Below, piece after piece: positions 27,584 to 37,090 of a stretch of 64,000 bases of DNA. The stretch covers positions 8,259 through 72,258 of the forward strand of contig JAHDQE010000090.1 of assembly GCA_018433975.1 (NCBI GenBank). Direction: 5' to 3'. The position numbers were made by a program, and so were the translations under genes. This DNA comes from Ornatilinea sp. GTDB lineage: Bacteria; Chloroflexota; Anaerolineae; Anaerolineales; Anaerolineaceae. Positions within the stretch are counted from its first letter, which is position 1, and each line of letters opens with the position of its first letter. The notes beneath the pieces are model-generated. The model was given only the letters and a program-made list of their open reading frames with translations. It ran no database searches and was not told where the DNA came from.

Positions 27584-29743
27584 ATGAAACAACTGCTTCA
27601 GAACATGCGCAATGGACAGGCAATCGTTGCCGATGTTCCAGTGCCTTTTCCGCGCCCCGGAACTGCACTGGTCAGGACATCTGCGTCATTGGTCTCTGCG
27701 GGCACAGAGCGGTCCGTGGTTGAGTTTGCCGAAAGGAATCTGCTGGGAAAAGCAAAATCACGTCCCGACTTGGTGCGGCAGGTAATCAACAAAGCACGAC
27801 GGGAAGGAATTATCCCAACTGTTGAAGCAGCCTTTAATCGGTTAGACCAGCCCATGGCGTTGGGTTATTCTTCCGCGGGAATCATTGAAGAAATTGGAGA
27901 AGATCTATCCGGCTTTAATATCGGTGATCGGGTAGCTTGTGGAGGAAGCGGATATGCGGTTCACGCTGAATATGCCATTGTTCCGCAGAACTTGCTGGTA
28001 AAAGTTCCTTCCCATTTAGACCTGGAATCCGCAGCTTTTTCTACTTTGGGCGCAATTGCCCTGCATGGTTTCCGGCTGGCTCACCCCCAAATTGGGGATC
28101 GCGTTGCCGTTATTGGTCTCGGTCTTCTGGGATTAATGGCCGTGCAAATCGCACGGGCCGCAGGTTGTTCTGTTTTGGGCATTGACCTGAATCCTCAAAG
28201 GATCGCTCTTGCAAATCAATTCGGTATTCAATCCACAACTCGTGCGGCGGCGGAGACGGATGGATCAGCATTTACACAGGGCCAGGGGTTCGACACAGTC
28301 CTGATTTGCGCAGACACCCAATCCAATGACCCCACCGAATTAGCAGGATCATTGGCCCGTGATCGCGGGACAATAATCGCATTGGGCGCTGTAGGGTTAA
28401 ATATTCCACGCAAAATCTATTACGAGAAAGAACTTGACTTCAAAGTATCAAGATCTTATGGGCCCGGCCGGTATGATCCCCTCTATGAGGAACAGGGTGT
28501 TGATTACCCCATGGGGTATATTCGTTGGACAGAAGGGAGAAATATCGAATCCTTTGTCACGCTGCTGGCGGAAGGCAAAGTCAATGTCCAACCATTGATA
28601 TCACATCGATTTGGGATTGAAGATTCGCCAAAGGCGTATGAGATTATCACCGGTAAACAAAAAGAAGATTATCTCGGCGTTATTCTCACTTATCCCGAAG
28701 CACCTGAAGATAACATTCCTGCCAGAGTAATCACTTTTAAAGAAAAATCATCCAAAGCAAAAACGCCTCGGGAATTAAGCCTGGGAATATTGGGAGCAGG
28801 GAATTATGCAACGGCTGTATTCTTGCCAACCATACAAAAGGTAGGGCAGGTTAAAAAAATAGGAATTGCCACAGCATCCGGTTTAAGCGCCCAACATGCT
28901 GCAAAAAAATTCGGCTTTCAATATGCTTCTTCTTCCGATTCACAGATCATTGAAGACCCCGAAATCAACCTGATCGCAATTTTGACGCGGCATCGGCATC
29001 ATGCACAAGAGGTCATAGATGCCTTGACGGCCGGGAAACATGTTTTTTGTGAGAAACCGTTGGCACTGAATGAAGCACAGCTGCTCGGAATTGAGGAAGT
29101 TATCAATTCCATGAATTCGCCTAAACTCACGGTTGGCTTTAACCGCCGTTTCGCGCCCCTCGCCAAGATATTGAAAGAATTTATCTCAAAATCCTCGGAA
29201 CCTTTTATTGCGCATTACCGTATCAATGCCGGGTTCATTCCTTTGACACATTGGGTTCACGATCCTGATGAAGGCGGCGGCCGCATTATTGGTGAAGGCT
29301 GCCATTTTATCGACTTTCTAACCTTTCTGGCTGATTCCCCTCCGACATCCGTTTTCGCAAAGGCGCTTCCCGATCTTGGACGGTATCACCAGGACAATGT
29401 TGTCCTGACTCTCACCTTTCCCAACGGTTCCATTGGCACAATAAGTTATCTGTCCAATGGAGATAAATCTGTCCCGAAGGAAAGAGTTGAGGTCTACTCA
29501 AATGGTAGAGTTGCTGAACTGGATGATTTCAGGTCCTTAGATCTGGTACAAAACGGGACCCGCAAGACTCATCGCTCAAAGCTGGGGCAGGATAAAGGAC
29601 ACAAAGCAATTTGGGCAGCCTTTTTAACCTCGATCTTGGAAGACCAAAGCCCTATTATTCCTTACGATCATCTCATGGGCGTTACCAGAGCGACCTTCTC
29701 CGCGAATCAATCCTTGAAAGAAAATTGTCTTATCAAGATCTGA
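27584..29743 (+). CDS. Bi-domain oxidoreductase: MDR/zinc-ADH-like domain plus Gfo/Idh/MocA domain
   Basis: Track ORF trimmed to ATG 27584 (MKQLLQNMRNGQAIVADVPVP). ADH-like half: GDRVACGGSGYAVHAEY and VAVIGLGLLGLMAVQIARAAG. Second half: LSLGILGAGNYATAVFLP and HVFCEKPLAL (EKP motif). Confidence 0.8.
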   Translation: MKQLLQNMRNGQAIVADVPVPFPRPGTALVRTSASLVSAGTERSVVEFAERNLLGKAKSRPDLVRQVINKARREGIIPTVEAAFNRLDQPMALGYSSAGIIEEIGEDLSGFNIGDRVACGGSGYAVHAEYAIVPQNLLVKVPSHLDLESAAFSTLGAIALHGFRLAHPQIGDRVAVIGLGLLGLMAVQIARAAGCSVLGIDLNPQRIALANQFGIQSTTRAAAETDGSAFTQGQGFDTVLICADTQSNDPTELAGSLARDRGTIIALGAVGLNIPRKIYYEKELDFKVSRSYGPGRYDPLYEEQGVDYPMGYIRWTEGRNIESFVTLLAEGKVNVQPLISHRFGIEDSPKAYEIITGKQKEDYLGVILTYPEAPEDNIPARVITFKEKSSKAKTPRELSLGILGAGNYATAVFLPTIQKVGQVKKIGIATASGLSAQHAAKKFGFQYASSSDSQIIEDPEINLIAILTRHRHHAQEVIDALTAGKHVFCEKPLALNEAQLLGIEEVINSMNSPKLTVGFNRRFAPLAKILKEFISKSSEPFIAHYRINAGFIPLTHWVHDPDEGGGRIIGEGCHFIDFLTFLADSPPTSVFAKALPDLGRYHQDNVVLTLTFPNGSIGTISYLSNGDKSVPKERVEVYSNGRVAELDDFRSLDLVQNGTRKTHRSKLGQDKGHKAIWAAFLTSILEDQSPIIPYDHLMGVTRATFSANQSLKENCLIKI

Positions 29744-29777
29744 CCGCGATCAATAAGTCCAGTCGGCCTCTTAAACC

Positions 29778-31736
29778 ATGACAAGTTTTAAAAATGCTGT
29801 CCAGGCTCTCAAAGAATTGGGGCTACAAAAAGTTAGCTTGTACGCCTTATACCAAATTGGGATGAAAACGGGTTATTGGAAACAAATAACCCCGTCCGAA
29901 AGTTCCACTGCATTCATCCGGAAAGGCATGGATTATTTTGAGCGTTTTCCATGGCAGCCGCCCGCTTCTTCCACATTAATGCATATTTCTGGAGGGAATA
30001 CCGCTGCCGTGATCGCGGACGCCAACCTGATCTTAGAAGGAAAGATTAAATTCTTCAGCGGAAAAACGGACTGGCTCGATCTGGCGCCAAAGGGAACGAA
30101 AAACCATTGGTGCGAAGTAAATGACAATGATCCTTACCAGGATATCAAATTTATCTGGGAGTCGGCTCGTTTTAGCTGGGCATACACGCTTTGTAGAGCC
30201 TATCAAATTACCCAAAATGACCAGTACGCGGAAGCATTTTGGAATTCTGTAGAAGATTTCATCCACAATAACCCCGTCAATATGGGCCCCAATTGGGCCT
30301 CGGGACAAGAGATTGCACTCCGGCTGATTGCCTGGATCATTTCCGGTGTCGTTTTTAAAGATTCCCCCTCCTCAACTGAGACACGGAAAAATTCACTAAT
30401 CTCTTCCCTCGCTGATCATGCTGCCCGTTTACCCAAAACATTAATCTATGCCAGAGCTCAGAACAACAATCACCTTGTGACCGAAGCAGCAGGAATGTTC
30501 ACTGCCGGAGTATTTTTTAAGAATAACCAATGGAAGTTGAACGGCTGGAAATGGTTGGAAATAGCCCTGCAGCGGCAAATTAATTCAAACGGCACCTATG
30601 TCCAGCAAAGCACCAATTACCACCGGCTTATGCTCCAGACTGTGCTGTGGGTAAATACACTATTGCCCTTTGAGGGGTTGAAGTTTTCAAAGCAAACCAG
30701 GAAGCGGCTCGCCAATGCCAGCAAATGGATGGTCACTTATTTGGACCCCAACTCGGGGAAGGCCGTTAACCTGGGCCATAACGACGGCTCGTTAATCATG
30801 CCGCTGTCCTCCTGCGAGTATACGGATTATCGTCCCACAGCGCAAGCAGCGGCCATTGCATTTCTGGAGCAGCCCTATTTACCCTCCGGACCTTGGGATG
30901 AGTATTGCATGTGGTTAGGACTCAATTCCATTAAAGAGAATCCAATCATTCAGAATCCGGAAAAATATTACCAATCAGGTATCCTCCGTATAGGATCTGC
31001 GCAGACATGGGCAATTCTGAGAGCCGAGAAATTCACAGAACGCCCGGCCCATGCGGATCAACTCCATGTCGATCTTTGGTGGGAAGGGGAAAATATCGCC
31101 ATGGATGCCGGAACATATCGCTACACCGCACCAGCGCCATGGATGAACGGACTGGCGCACACCAGAGTCCATAACACCATCGAAATTGACGATCAGGATC
31201 AAATGTTGCAGGTCAGCCGCTTTTTGTGGCTGAATTGGGCCAACGCTCAAAAAAAGAGAACGGATATGGATCAATGCCTGTCCGCAAGCCATAGCGGATA
31301 TCAAAGATCAGGTGCGGTTCATCAAAGGACGATCTGCCACACGCCACCTCTGGCATGGACCATTACGGATGAAATTCAACCCGGTCCCAAAACATTGGAA
31401 GGATATAAAATTTGCCTCCATTGGCTTCTCCCCAACTGGGATTGGAATTTAACCAATGACCGCTTAAAACTTGAAAAGGACCAGAAACAAATAAATCTTT
31501 GGGTCACAGCCAAAGATCAATCCAAACTATATCAGGGTCCGGAATATATTCAAATTGTTCAAGCTGGAAAAGTGGTCTCCGGTCCCGAAGAAGACCTGAC
31601 AACTTTAGGATGGTTTTCTCCAACTTACGATGTTAAAATTCCGGCCCTCTCTCTGAGATGTGTCTATCAAACTTCACTTCCTTTTGAGATAAAAACGTAT
31701 TGGAATTTAAAAAACGACCTTATACAGCCTAAGTAA
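29778..31736 (+). CDS. Heparinase II/III-like (polysaccharide-lyase-fold) protein
   Basis: Alpha/alpha-toroid half with NNHLVTEAAGMF. Beta-sandwich half with HADQLHVDLWWEGENIAMDAGTYRY. I see no signal peptide. Confidence 0.75.
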   Translation: MTSFKNAVQALKELGLQKVSLYALYQIGMKTGYWKQITPSESSTAFIRKGMDYFERFPWQPPASSTLMHISGGNTAAVIADANLILEGKIKFFSGKTDWLDLAPKGTKNHWCEVNDNDPYQDIKFIWESARFSWAYTLCRAYQITQNDQYAEAFWNSVEDFIHNNPVNMGPNWASGQEIALRLIAWIISGVVFKDSPSSTETRKNSLISSLADHAARLPKTLIYARAQNNNHLVTEAAGMFTAGVFFKNNQWKLNGWKWLEIALQRQINSNGTYVQQSTNYHRLMLQTVLWVNTLLPFEGLKFSKQTRKRLANASKWMVTYLDPNSGKAVNLGHNDGSLIMPLSSCEYTDYRPTAQAAAIAFLEQPYLPSGPWDEYCMWLGLNSIKENPIIQNPEKYYQSGILRIGSAQTWAILRAEKFTERPAHADQLHVDLWWEGENIAMDAGTYRYTAPAPWMNGLAHTRVHNTIEIDDQDQMLQVSRFLWLNWANAQKKRTDMDQCLSASHSGYQRSGAVHQRTICHTPPLAWTITDEIQPGPKTLEGYKICLHWLLPNWDWNLTNDRLKLEKDQKQINLWVTAKDQSKLYQGPEYIQIVQAGKVVSGPEEDLTTLGWFSPTYDVKIPALSLRCVYQTSLPFEIKTYWNLKNDLIQPK

Positions 31737-31750
31737 GGTAAAATTGGCGT

Positions 31751-32974
31751 ATGCATATTCTGCTGATACACCAGGCATTTGCTTCCATCGAAGAAGGCGG
31801 CGGAACACGCCATTACGAGATGGCCCATTATCTCTCCGAGGCGGGTCATCATGTCACAATCATTGCCAGTCCTATCAGCTACCTGTCTGGAAAAGCAAAA
31901 AAGAAAATTCGTTGGAAAGAAGTGGAAGCCGTTAATTCGAACATAACCATTATTCGCGCTTTTACTTACAAAGCGCTCCACCGCAGCTTTTTTCATCGGA
32001 TTATTAACTTTTTAAGTTTCATGATCTCTTCTTTTTTTATCGGATTGCAAACAAAAAATGTAGACCTGGTTTGGGGAACCTCCCCGCCCATCTTTCAAGG
32101 GGTAACAGCCTGGGCGCTTTCCGGATTAAAAGGAGTTCCTTTCCTTTTTGAAGTGCGCGATTTATGGCCCGAATTCGCAGTGGATATTGGAATATTAAAA
32201 AACAAATGGATCATCCATGCCTCAGAGTGGCTTGAAAAATTTTTATACAGCCATTCGGATCTCATCATGGTAAATTCCCCCGGTTTTGTAAATCACGTAA
32301 AACAAAGAGGGGCAAAAACCGTTGAAATTGTTCCAAATGGCGTGGATACTGGCATGTTTGATCCGCAAAACAATGGGCTGGGTTTCCGGCAAAAATACCA
32401 TTTAGATAATAATAAGTTCATCGTGCTTTATGCCGGAGCACATGGCATGGCAAATGATCTGGACACGGTTCTTGATGCAGCCGACATTTTGCGCACAGAC
32501 GAAAGGATTTCTTTTGTACTGATTGGCGATGGAAAAGATAAACCCAAACTTATAGAGCGAGCACAGGCAATGCATTTAAGCAATGTGATCTTCCTCCCCA
32601 TTATTCCCAAAACGGAAATACCGGAAGCCCTGGCTGCAGCAAACGCTTGTATCGCCATTCTTAAACCCATTGAATCATTTAAAACCACTTATCCCAACAA
32701 GGTTTTTGATTACATGGCCGCCGGACGGCCTATTATTCTGGCAATAGATGGCGTGATTCGAGAAGTCGTTGAAAAAGCACAGGCCGGAATCGCTGTTCCT
32801 CCCGGAAATCCAATGGAAATTGCGAAAGCTGTTCTCGCTTTAGTGGATAATTCTCAAAAATGTGCAATAATGAGTGTAAGCGGTAGAGATCATGTTGAAA
32901 AATATTACAATCGTGCAGAACTTACTAAAAAATTGGTAAGTATTTTGGAAAGATTAAGGAATCCAAATGGCTGA
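31751..32974 (+). CDS. GT4-family glycosyltransferase (WbuB-like)
   Basis: [76 protein letters not shown]. Confidence 0.85.
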   Translation: MHILLIHQAFASIEEGGGTRHYEMAHYLSEAGHHVTIIASPISYLSGKAKKKIRWKEVEAVNSNITIIRAFTYKALHRSFFHRIINFLSFMISSFFIGLQTKNVDLVWGTSPPIFQGVTAWALSGLKGVPFLFEVRDLWPEFAVDIGILKNKWIIHASEWLEKFLYSHSDLIMVNSPGFVNHVKQRGAKTVEIVPNGVDTGMFDPQNNGLGFRQKYHLDNNKFIVLYAGAHGMANDLDTVLDAADILRTDERISFVLIGDGKDKPKLIERAQAMHLSNVIFLPIIPKTEIPEALAAANACIAILKPIESFKTTYPNKVFDYMAAGRPIILAIDGVIREVVEKAQAGIAVPPGNPMEIAKAVLALVDNSQKCAIMSVSGRDHVEKYYNRAELTKKLVSILERLRNPNG

Positions 32975-33668
32975 AAAAGTACTTGTTGTTGAAGATGAAA
33001 AAACTTTACAAGAAACCCTGGCCTACAATTTAAAACACCAGGGCTATAAAGTAGAAACCTCTGGAGATGGAAAAGCCGCCATTGAATTGGCCAGAACATT
33101 CCACCCGGATGTCATTATTCTGGATATCATGCTTCCGGGCATCGATGGTTTTGAAGTTTGCCGGATCTTACGGCAGGAAATGACCACGCCTATTCTGATG
33201 TTGACCGCCCGGGATGACGAAATAGACCGCATCGTTGGGCTTGAGGTAGGAGCAGATGATTATTTAACCAAGCCATTCAGTATGCGAGAGTTGATGGCCC
33301 GCATTAAAGCCATACTCCGCAGGGTTCGGCTAATCCGGGAAGAAATGGATAGTGATGAAGCTGCCACCCAATTACTGACTTTTGACAATCTGACCATTAA
33401 TCTTACACGCCGAGAAGTACTCCTCGATTCACAATCCCTTTCATTAAAACCGAAAGAATATGAATTGCTGATGTTCATGGCACAGCATCGGGGTCAGGTG
33501 CTGTCGCGAGAACATATTCTTGAGAGAGTGTGGGGATGGGATTTCATTGGTGACAGTCGAACAGTTGACGTTCATGTCCGCTGGTTAAGAGAAAAGATTG
33601 AAAGCGAACCTGCCGATCCCAAACGGATTATCACCGTTCGTGGAGCAGGATATCGATTTGAGGGATAA
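32967..33668 (+). CDS. OmpR/PhoB-family response regulator (PhoP/PhoB-like)
   Basis: Receiver: [35 protein letters not shown]. wHTH: [14 protein letters not shown] and [11 protein letters not shown]. The ATG overlaps the upstream GT4 gene by 8 nt. Confidence 0.9.
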   Translation: MAEKVLVVEDEKTLQETLAYNLKHQGYKVETSGDGKAAIELARTFHPDVIILDIMLPGIDGFEVCRILRQEMTTPILMLTARDDEIDRIVGLEVGADDYLTKPFSMRELMARIKAILRRVRLIREEMDSDEAATQLLTFDNLTINLTRREVLLDSQSLSLKPKEYELLMFMAQHRGQVLSREHILERVWGWDFIGDSRTVDVHVRWLREKIESEPADPKRIITVRGAGYRFEG

Positions 33669-33673
33669 CCTGT

Positions 33674-35425
33674 ATGCAAATCTCCCTGCGGTGGCGGACA
33701 ATTCTTTCGGTCACTTTATTGTTATTAGTAACCCTTGGCGCTCTAAGTGCATTTCTCCTCTCTTATCTTCCAAAAATTTACCTGGATTCTTATCAATCCA
33801 ATTTCTCTTCAGAAATTCAGATCTTTGCTGAACAAACTGCTCCGCTTTTAAGCGCTGGCGACACCGCAGGAATAGACCAAGAAATATCCAAATTCTCCAC
33901 AGCGCTTAACTTACGAGCGACGATTATCCTGCCGGATGGGCTTGTTGTTGGAGATTCTTCGGCAGATCCCGAATCTATGGACAACCACCTCTCACGTCCG
34001 GAGATTCAAGAAGCTCTACAGGGGAACAATGGCAGCAGTGTCAGATTTAGCAATACCCTGAAAACCAATATGCTTTATGTAGCTACGCCCATCATTGATA
34101 ATGGAAACATCATTGGCGTGGCTCGCTTTGCTATTTCTCTTCAACAAATTAATAAAAGCCTCAGAATTATTCGGATGACTATTTTAGGTGCAGTAGTCAT
34201 TACGGCAATCTTTGGTGCATTATTGGCAATTGCGGTGTCAAATTATACCGTTACCCCTTTGAGCGAATTAACCAAAAAAATCCAGCGTTTTAACCAGGCA
34301 GGGTTTAAAGACCTTGAAGCATCACAGAGCAACGATGAAATTGGACAACTGGATCGGACATTTACTTCCCTGGCCCATGAACTGAATGCTCAAATTGAGG
34401 CATTGCAAGCCGAACAAAGCAAATTAAGTGCGATACTTTCCAATATGTCGGATGGGATTCTCATTGTGTCAAATGATGGAAAGGTTAAACTACTTAACCC
34501 TGCTGCCGAGAAACTCTTTAAAACCCGACAGGCAGATGCATTAAACGCTTCCATCGTTGAAGTAGTCCGGAATCATGAAATTATCAATGTCTGGAAAAGA
34601 TCCATTGAATCGGGAGAGCAACTATCAGATACTTTTGAAATCAGCCCGGGACGTTCATATCTCCAGGCTTTCATCTCCCCCATGAAGTCTTCCATGCCCG
34701 ATCACAGCATGATTGCATTCCATGATATCTCCCACATGCGGAGATTAGAAATGGTAAGAAGAGATTTTGTCAGCAACGTCTCTCACGAACTAAGGACTCC
34801 GCTGGCCTCTTTAAAATCCATCAGCGAAACCCTCATAGAAGGAGCGCTCGAAGATCCTCCGGCTGCAAAGAAATTCCTCTTAATGATGGAAGAAGAAATC
34901 GACAACTTAACATTGATGGTGCAGGAGTTATTGGAATTATCTCGAATCGAATCGGGAAGAGCACCTTTGAAACGCGCTTCCATTTCACCTTATGATTTAT
35001 TAAATAAACCTGTACTGCGCATGAAGTTCCAGGCAGAAAGAGCACACCTCAAATTGCTGTTGGAATGTGATGAAAATTTACCCGCCGTATATGCAGACCA
35101 GGAACGCATTGGACAGGTACTCATCAATTTGATCCACAATGCTATAAAATTCACTCCTCCCGAGGGGACAATAACCGTAAAAGCAACTCTTCAAGACTCA
35201 CGAGTGATATTCTGCGTACAAGACACCGGCGTAGGAATTGAACCGGAAGATTTAAAAAGGATCTTCGAAAGGTTTTATAAGGCAGACAAGGCCAGGTCAG
35301 GAGGAGGTACCGGACTGGGACTCTCCATTTCCAAACACATGATCAATTCCCATGGAGGAGAAATTTGGGCAGAAAGTACATTCGGGAAAGGAAGTGCTTT
35401 TAAATTCTCGCTTCCGCTCGCGTAA
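33674..35425 (+). CDS. PhoR-like sensor histidine kinase (TM - extracytoplasmic domain - TM - HAMP - PAS - HisKA - HATPase)
   Basis: H-box DFVSNVSHELRTPLASL, N-box LINLIHNAIKFT, G1 VQDTGVGIEPED, G2 GGTGLGLSISKHMI. PAS-like LSNMSDGILIVSNDGKVKLLNPAAEKLF. Two TMs flank a ~140-aa outer domain. Confidence 0.9.
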   Translation: MQISLRWRTILSVTLLLLVTLGALSAFLLSYLPKIYLDSYQSNFSSEIQIFAEQTAPLLSAGDTAGIDQEISKFSTALNLRATIILPDGLVVGDSSADPESMDNHLSRPEIQEALQGNNGSSVRFSNTLKTNMLYVATPIIDNGNIIGVARFAISLQQINKSLRIIRMTILGAVVITAIFGALLAIAVSNYTVTPLSELTKKIQRFNQAGFKDLEASQSNDEIGQLDRTFTSLAHELNAQIEALQAEQSKLSAILSNMSDGILIVSNDGKVKLLNPAAEKLFKTRQADALNASIVEVVRNHEIINVWKRSIESGEQLSDTFEISPGRSYLQAFISPMKSSMPDHSMIAFHDISHMRRLEMVRRDFVSNVSHELRTPLASLKSISETLIEGALEDPPAAKKFLLMMEEEIDNLTLMVQELLELSRIESGRAPLKRASISPYDLLNKPVLRMKFQAERAHLKLLLECDENLPAVYADQERIGQVLINLIHNAIKFTPPEGTITVKATLQDSRVIFCVQDTGVGIEPEDLKRIFERFYKADKARSGGGTGLGLSISKHMINSHGGEIWAESTFGKGSAFKFSLPLA

Positions 35426-35463
35426 GCCTTTTAGAGTAAGGCATCTTTTGCGTTTTTAAAATA

Positions 35464-35537
35464 TGTTAACAAGCATGCGCATAAATGTTAACTCAAATTT
35501 GGTATGATATGATAAATAAACTTAACTTTTTGTTAAT
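35464..35537 (+). promoter_or_regulatory. Candidate Pho-box array and promoter upstream of phoU
   Basis: Direct repeats TTAACA (35466), TTAACT (35488), TTAACT (35522) and TTAATT (35533), with offsets of 22, 34 and 11 bp. An extended -10 (TGGTATGAT, 35500-35508) starts 10 bp after the second repeat. A second -10-like TATCAT (35545-35550) follows the fourth repeat. Confidence 0.35.
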
Positions 35538-35618
35538 TATCCGATATCATATATCTGAAGAGTCCAATTTTTTACAAGTGATTACCAGTTCTAACAAACC
35601 ACCTGGAAAGGGAATTTC

Positions 35619-36305
35619 ATGCCCAGAGAATCATTTGATCGCAAGTTAAGTCTGATCCAAGACGAAATATTACTATTAGGTAGCATGGTTGAACAAGCCA
35701 TGTTAAATGCCGTAGAGGCTTTAAAACGAAGAGACGTTGCGAAATCAAAACAAATTTATGACGATGATATTCATATCAATGATCGAAGATACGCCATTGA
35801 AAATGCAATATTAATCCTTTTGGCAACGCAACAACCACTTGCTCACGATTTACGGATGCTGGCTGCAATGCTTGAGGTAAACACGGAATTAGAACGGATG
35901 GGGGATTATGCAAAGGGCATTGCAAAAGTAAATATGAAATTGGGAGATGCGGATATCCAAATTCCCATTCGTGAAATTGAACAAATGGCTGAGCTGGCCG
36001 TAAGCATGCTCCACCGGTCTTTAAGCACATTTATCGCGGAAGATGCCGGCAAAGCACGCGCTATTCCCCAGGAAGATGATCTGGTTGATGCGCTTTACAC
36101 CGATATTTACCATAAAATGGTTGCATCGATGATTTCCAAACCTGAAATTATTGATCAGGCCAATCTGCTGATGTGGGTCGCTCATAATATCGAAAGGATG
36201 GCCGATCGGGTTACCAATATTTGCGAAAGGACCGTCTTCATCGCAACCGGCGAAATGCTTGAGATGGATCTGGATGATGACGACGAGCCTGAGAATCCGG
36301 AATAA
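35619..36305 (+). CDS. phoU: Phosphate signalling complex protein PhoU
   Basis: Two PhoU repeats: DDIHINDRRYAIENAILILLATQQP...ELERMGDYAKGIA and DDLVDALYTDIYHKM...HNIERMADRVTNICE. Acidic tail. Confidence 0.9.
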   Translation: MPRESFDRKLSLIQDEILLLGSMVEQAMLNAVEALKRRDVAKSKQIYDDDIHINDRRYAIENAILILLATQQPLAHDLRMLAAMLEVNTELERMGDYAKGIAKVNMKLGDADIQIPIREIEQMAELAVSMLHRSLSTFIAEDAGKARAIPQEDDLVDALYTDIYHKMVASMISKPEIIDQANLLMWVAHNIERMADRVTNICERTVFIATGEMLEMDLDDDDEPENPE

Positions 36306-36394
36306 ATTCCTGCTGGCTCCATTCACTGATCTGTGAATACAGAAAACTGATGTACTGTGTTCTCTTCTCAACACGCTTAGAAAAAAGAAACCAT

Positions 36395-36431
36395 CCCCTG
36401 CTATTCTTACTCTGGCAGGGGTAATTTATTT
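36395..36431 (+). terminator. Probable intrinsic terminator after phoU
   Basis: 7-bp GC-rich stem, cccctgc (36395-36401) / gcagggg (36415-36421), followed by taatttattt. Confidence 0.5.
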
Positions 36432-36577
36432 AAAGATTCCTTTGCGAAATATTTACCTTCCTATGGTTTTGCAAAAGGAACCCTCGCCAAAACACCACCT
36501 GCGGTACAATTGCTTGCAATATTAAACAGCTTACCCATTCACCACAGAAGCAAACTCCACATAAAGGCCAATACACC

Positions 36578-36931
36578 ATGCGCAATGATAACCCAACCGT
36601 CTATTCCACCGAACACGGAAGAATATGCCCGCAGTGTGGCAACTCCATTTCCAAATGCACCTGCAAAAAGCAGGCCGTCCGGCCGCGGGGTGACGGCGTA
36701 ACGCGAGTGCAGCGTGAATCAAAGGGGCGCAAGGGCAAAACGGTAACCCTGGTAACCGGTGCACCGCTGGCAGATAAAGAGCTACGCGAGCTGCTCAGTG
36801 ATTTGAAACGGTTGTGCGGGGCGGGTGGAGCGCTCAAAGAAGGTGTCATTGAGATCCAGGGAGACCACCGCGATATCATCTTTGAGATGTTGAAAAAACG
36901 CGGCTTAACTGTAAAAAAAGCAGGTGGATAG
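36578..36931 (+). CDS. yciH: SUI1/YciH-family translation initiation factor-like protein
   Basis: CPQCGNSISKCTC zinc-ribbon-like N-terminus. SUI1 core: ESKGRKGKTVTLVTG...LKRLCGAGGALKEGVIEIQGDHRD. Confidence 0.85.
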   Translation: MRNDNPTVYSTEHGRICPQCGNSISKCTCKKQAVRPRGDGVTRVQRESKGRKGKTVTLVTGAPLADKELRELLSDLKRLCGAGGALKEGVIEIQGDHRDIIFEMLKKRGLTVKKAGG

Positions 36932-37090
36932 ACCAGGGTTCTGTGCCCTACCCTATAAACACCTGCAAGCGATCTGTCTGATTCTTTTCATCAGAAAATG
37001 GTCTTCCCGAGATTCCTGATTGCAACCTCTCAGAATGTCCCCCTAGGTTTTTGTGAAATTGAATCTCCGTGAATTAGTTTTAAGTCACAA

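Noticed and set aside
29778-31736. Heparinase II/III-like gene as part of a catabolic polysaccharide-utilisation locus
   Set aside because: There is no signal peptide that I can see, and no neighbouring transporters, sulfatases or glycoside hydrolases. The gene is packed between an oxidoreductase and a glycosyltransferase on the same strand.
35426-35457. Terminator after the PhoR-like kinase gene
   Set aside because: There is only a 5-bp stem (gcctt/aaggc) before a T-rich run, which is too weak to call. phoU may be read through from the kinase as well as from its own candidate promoter.
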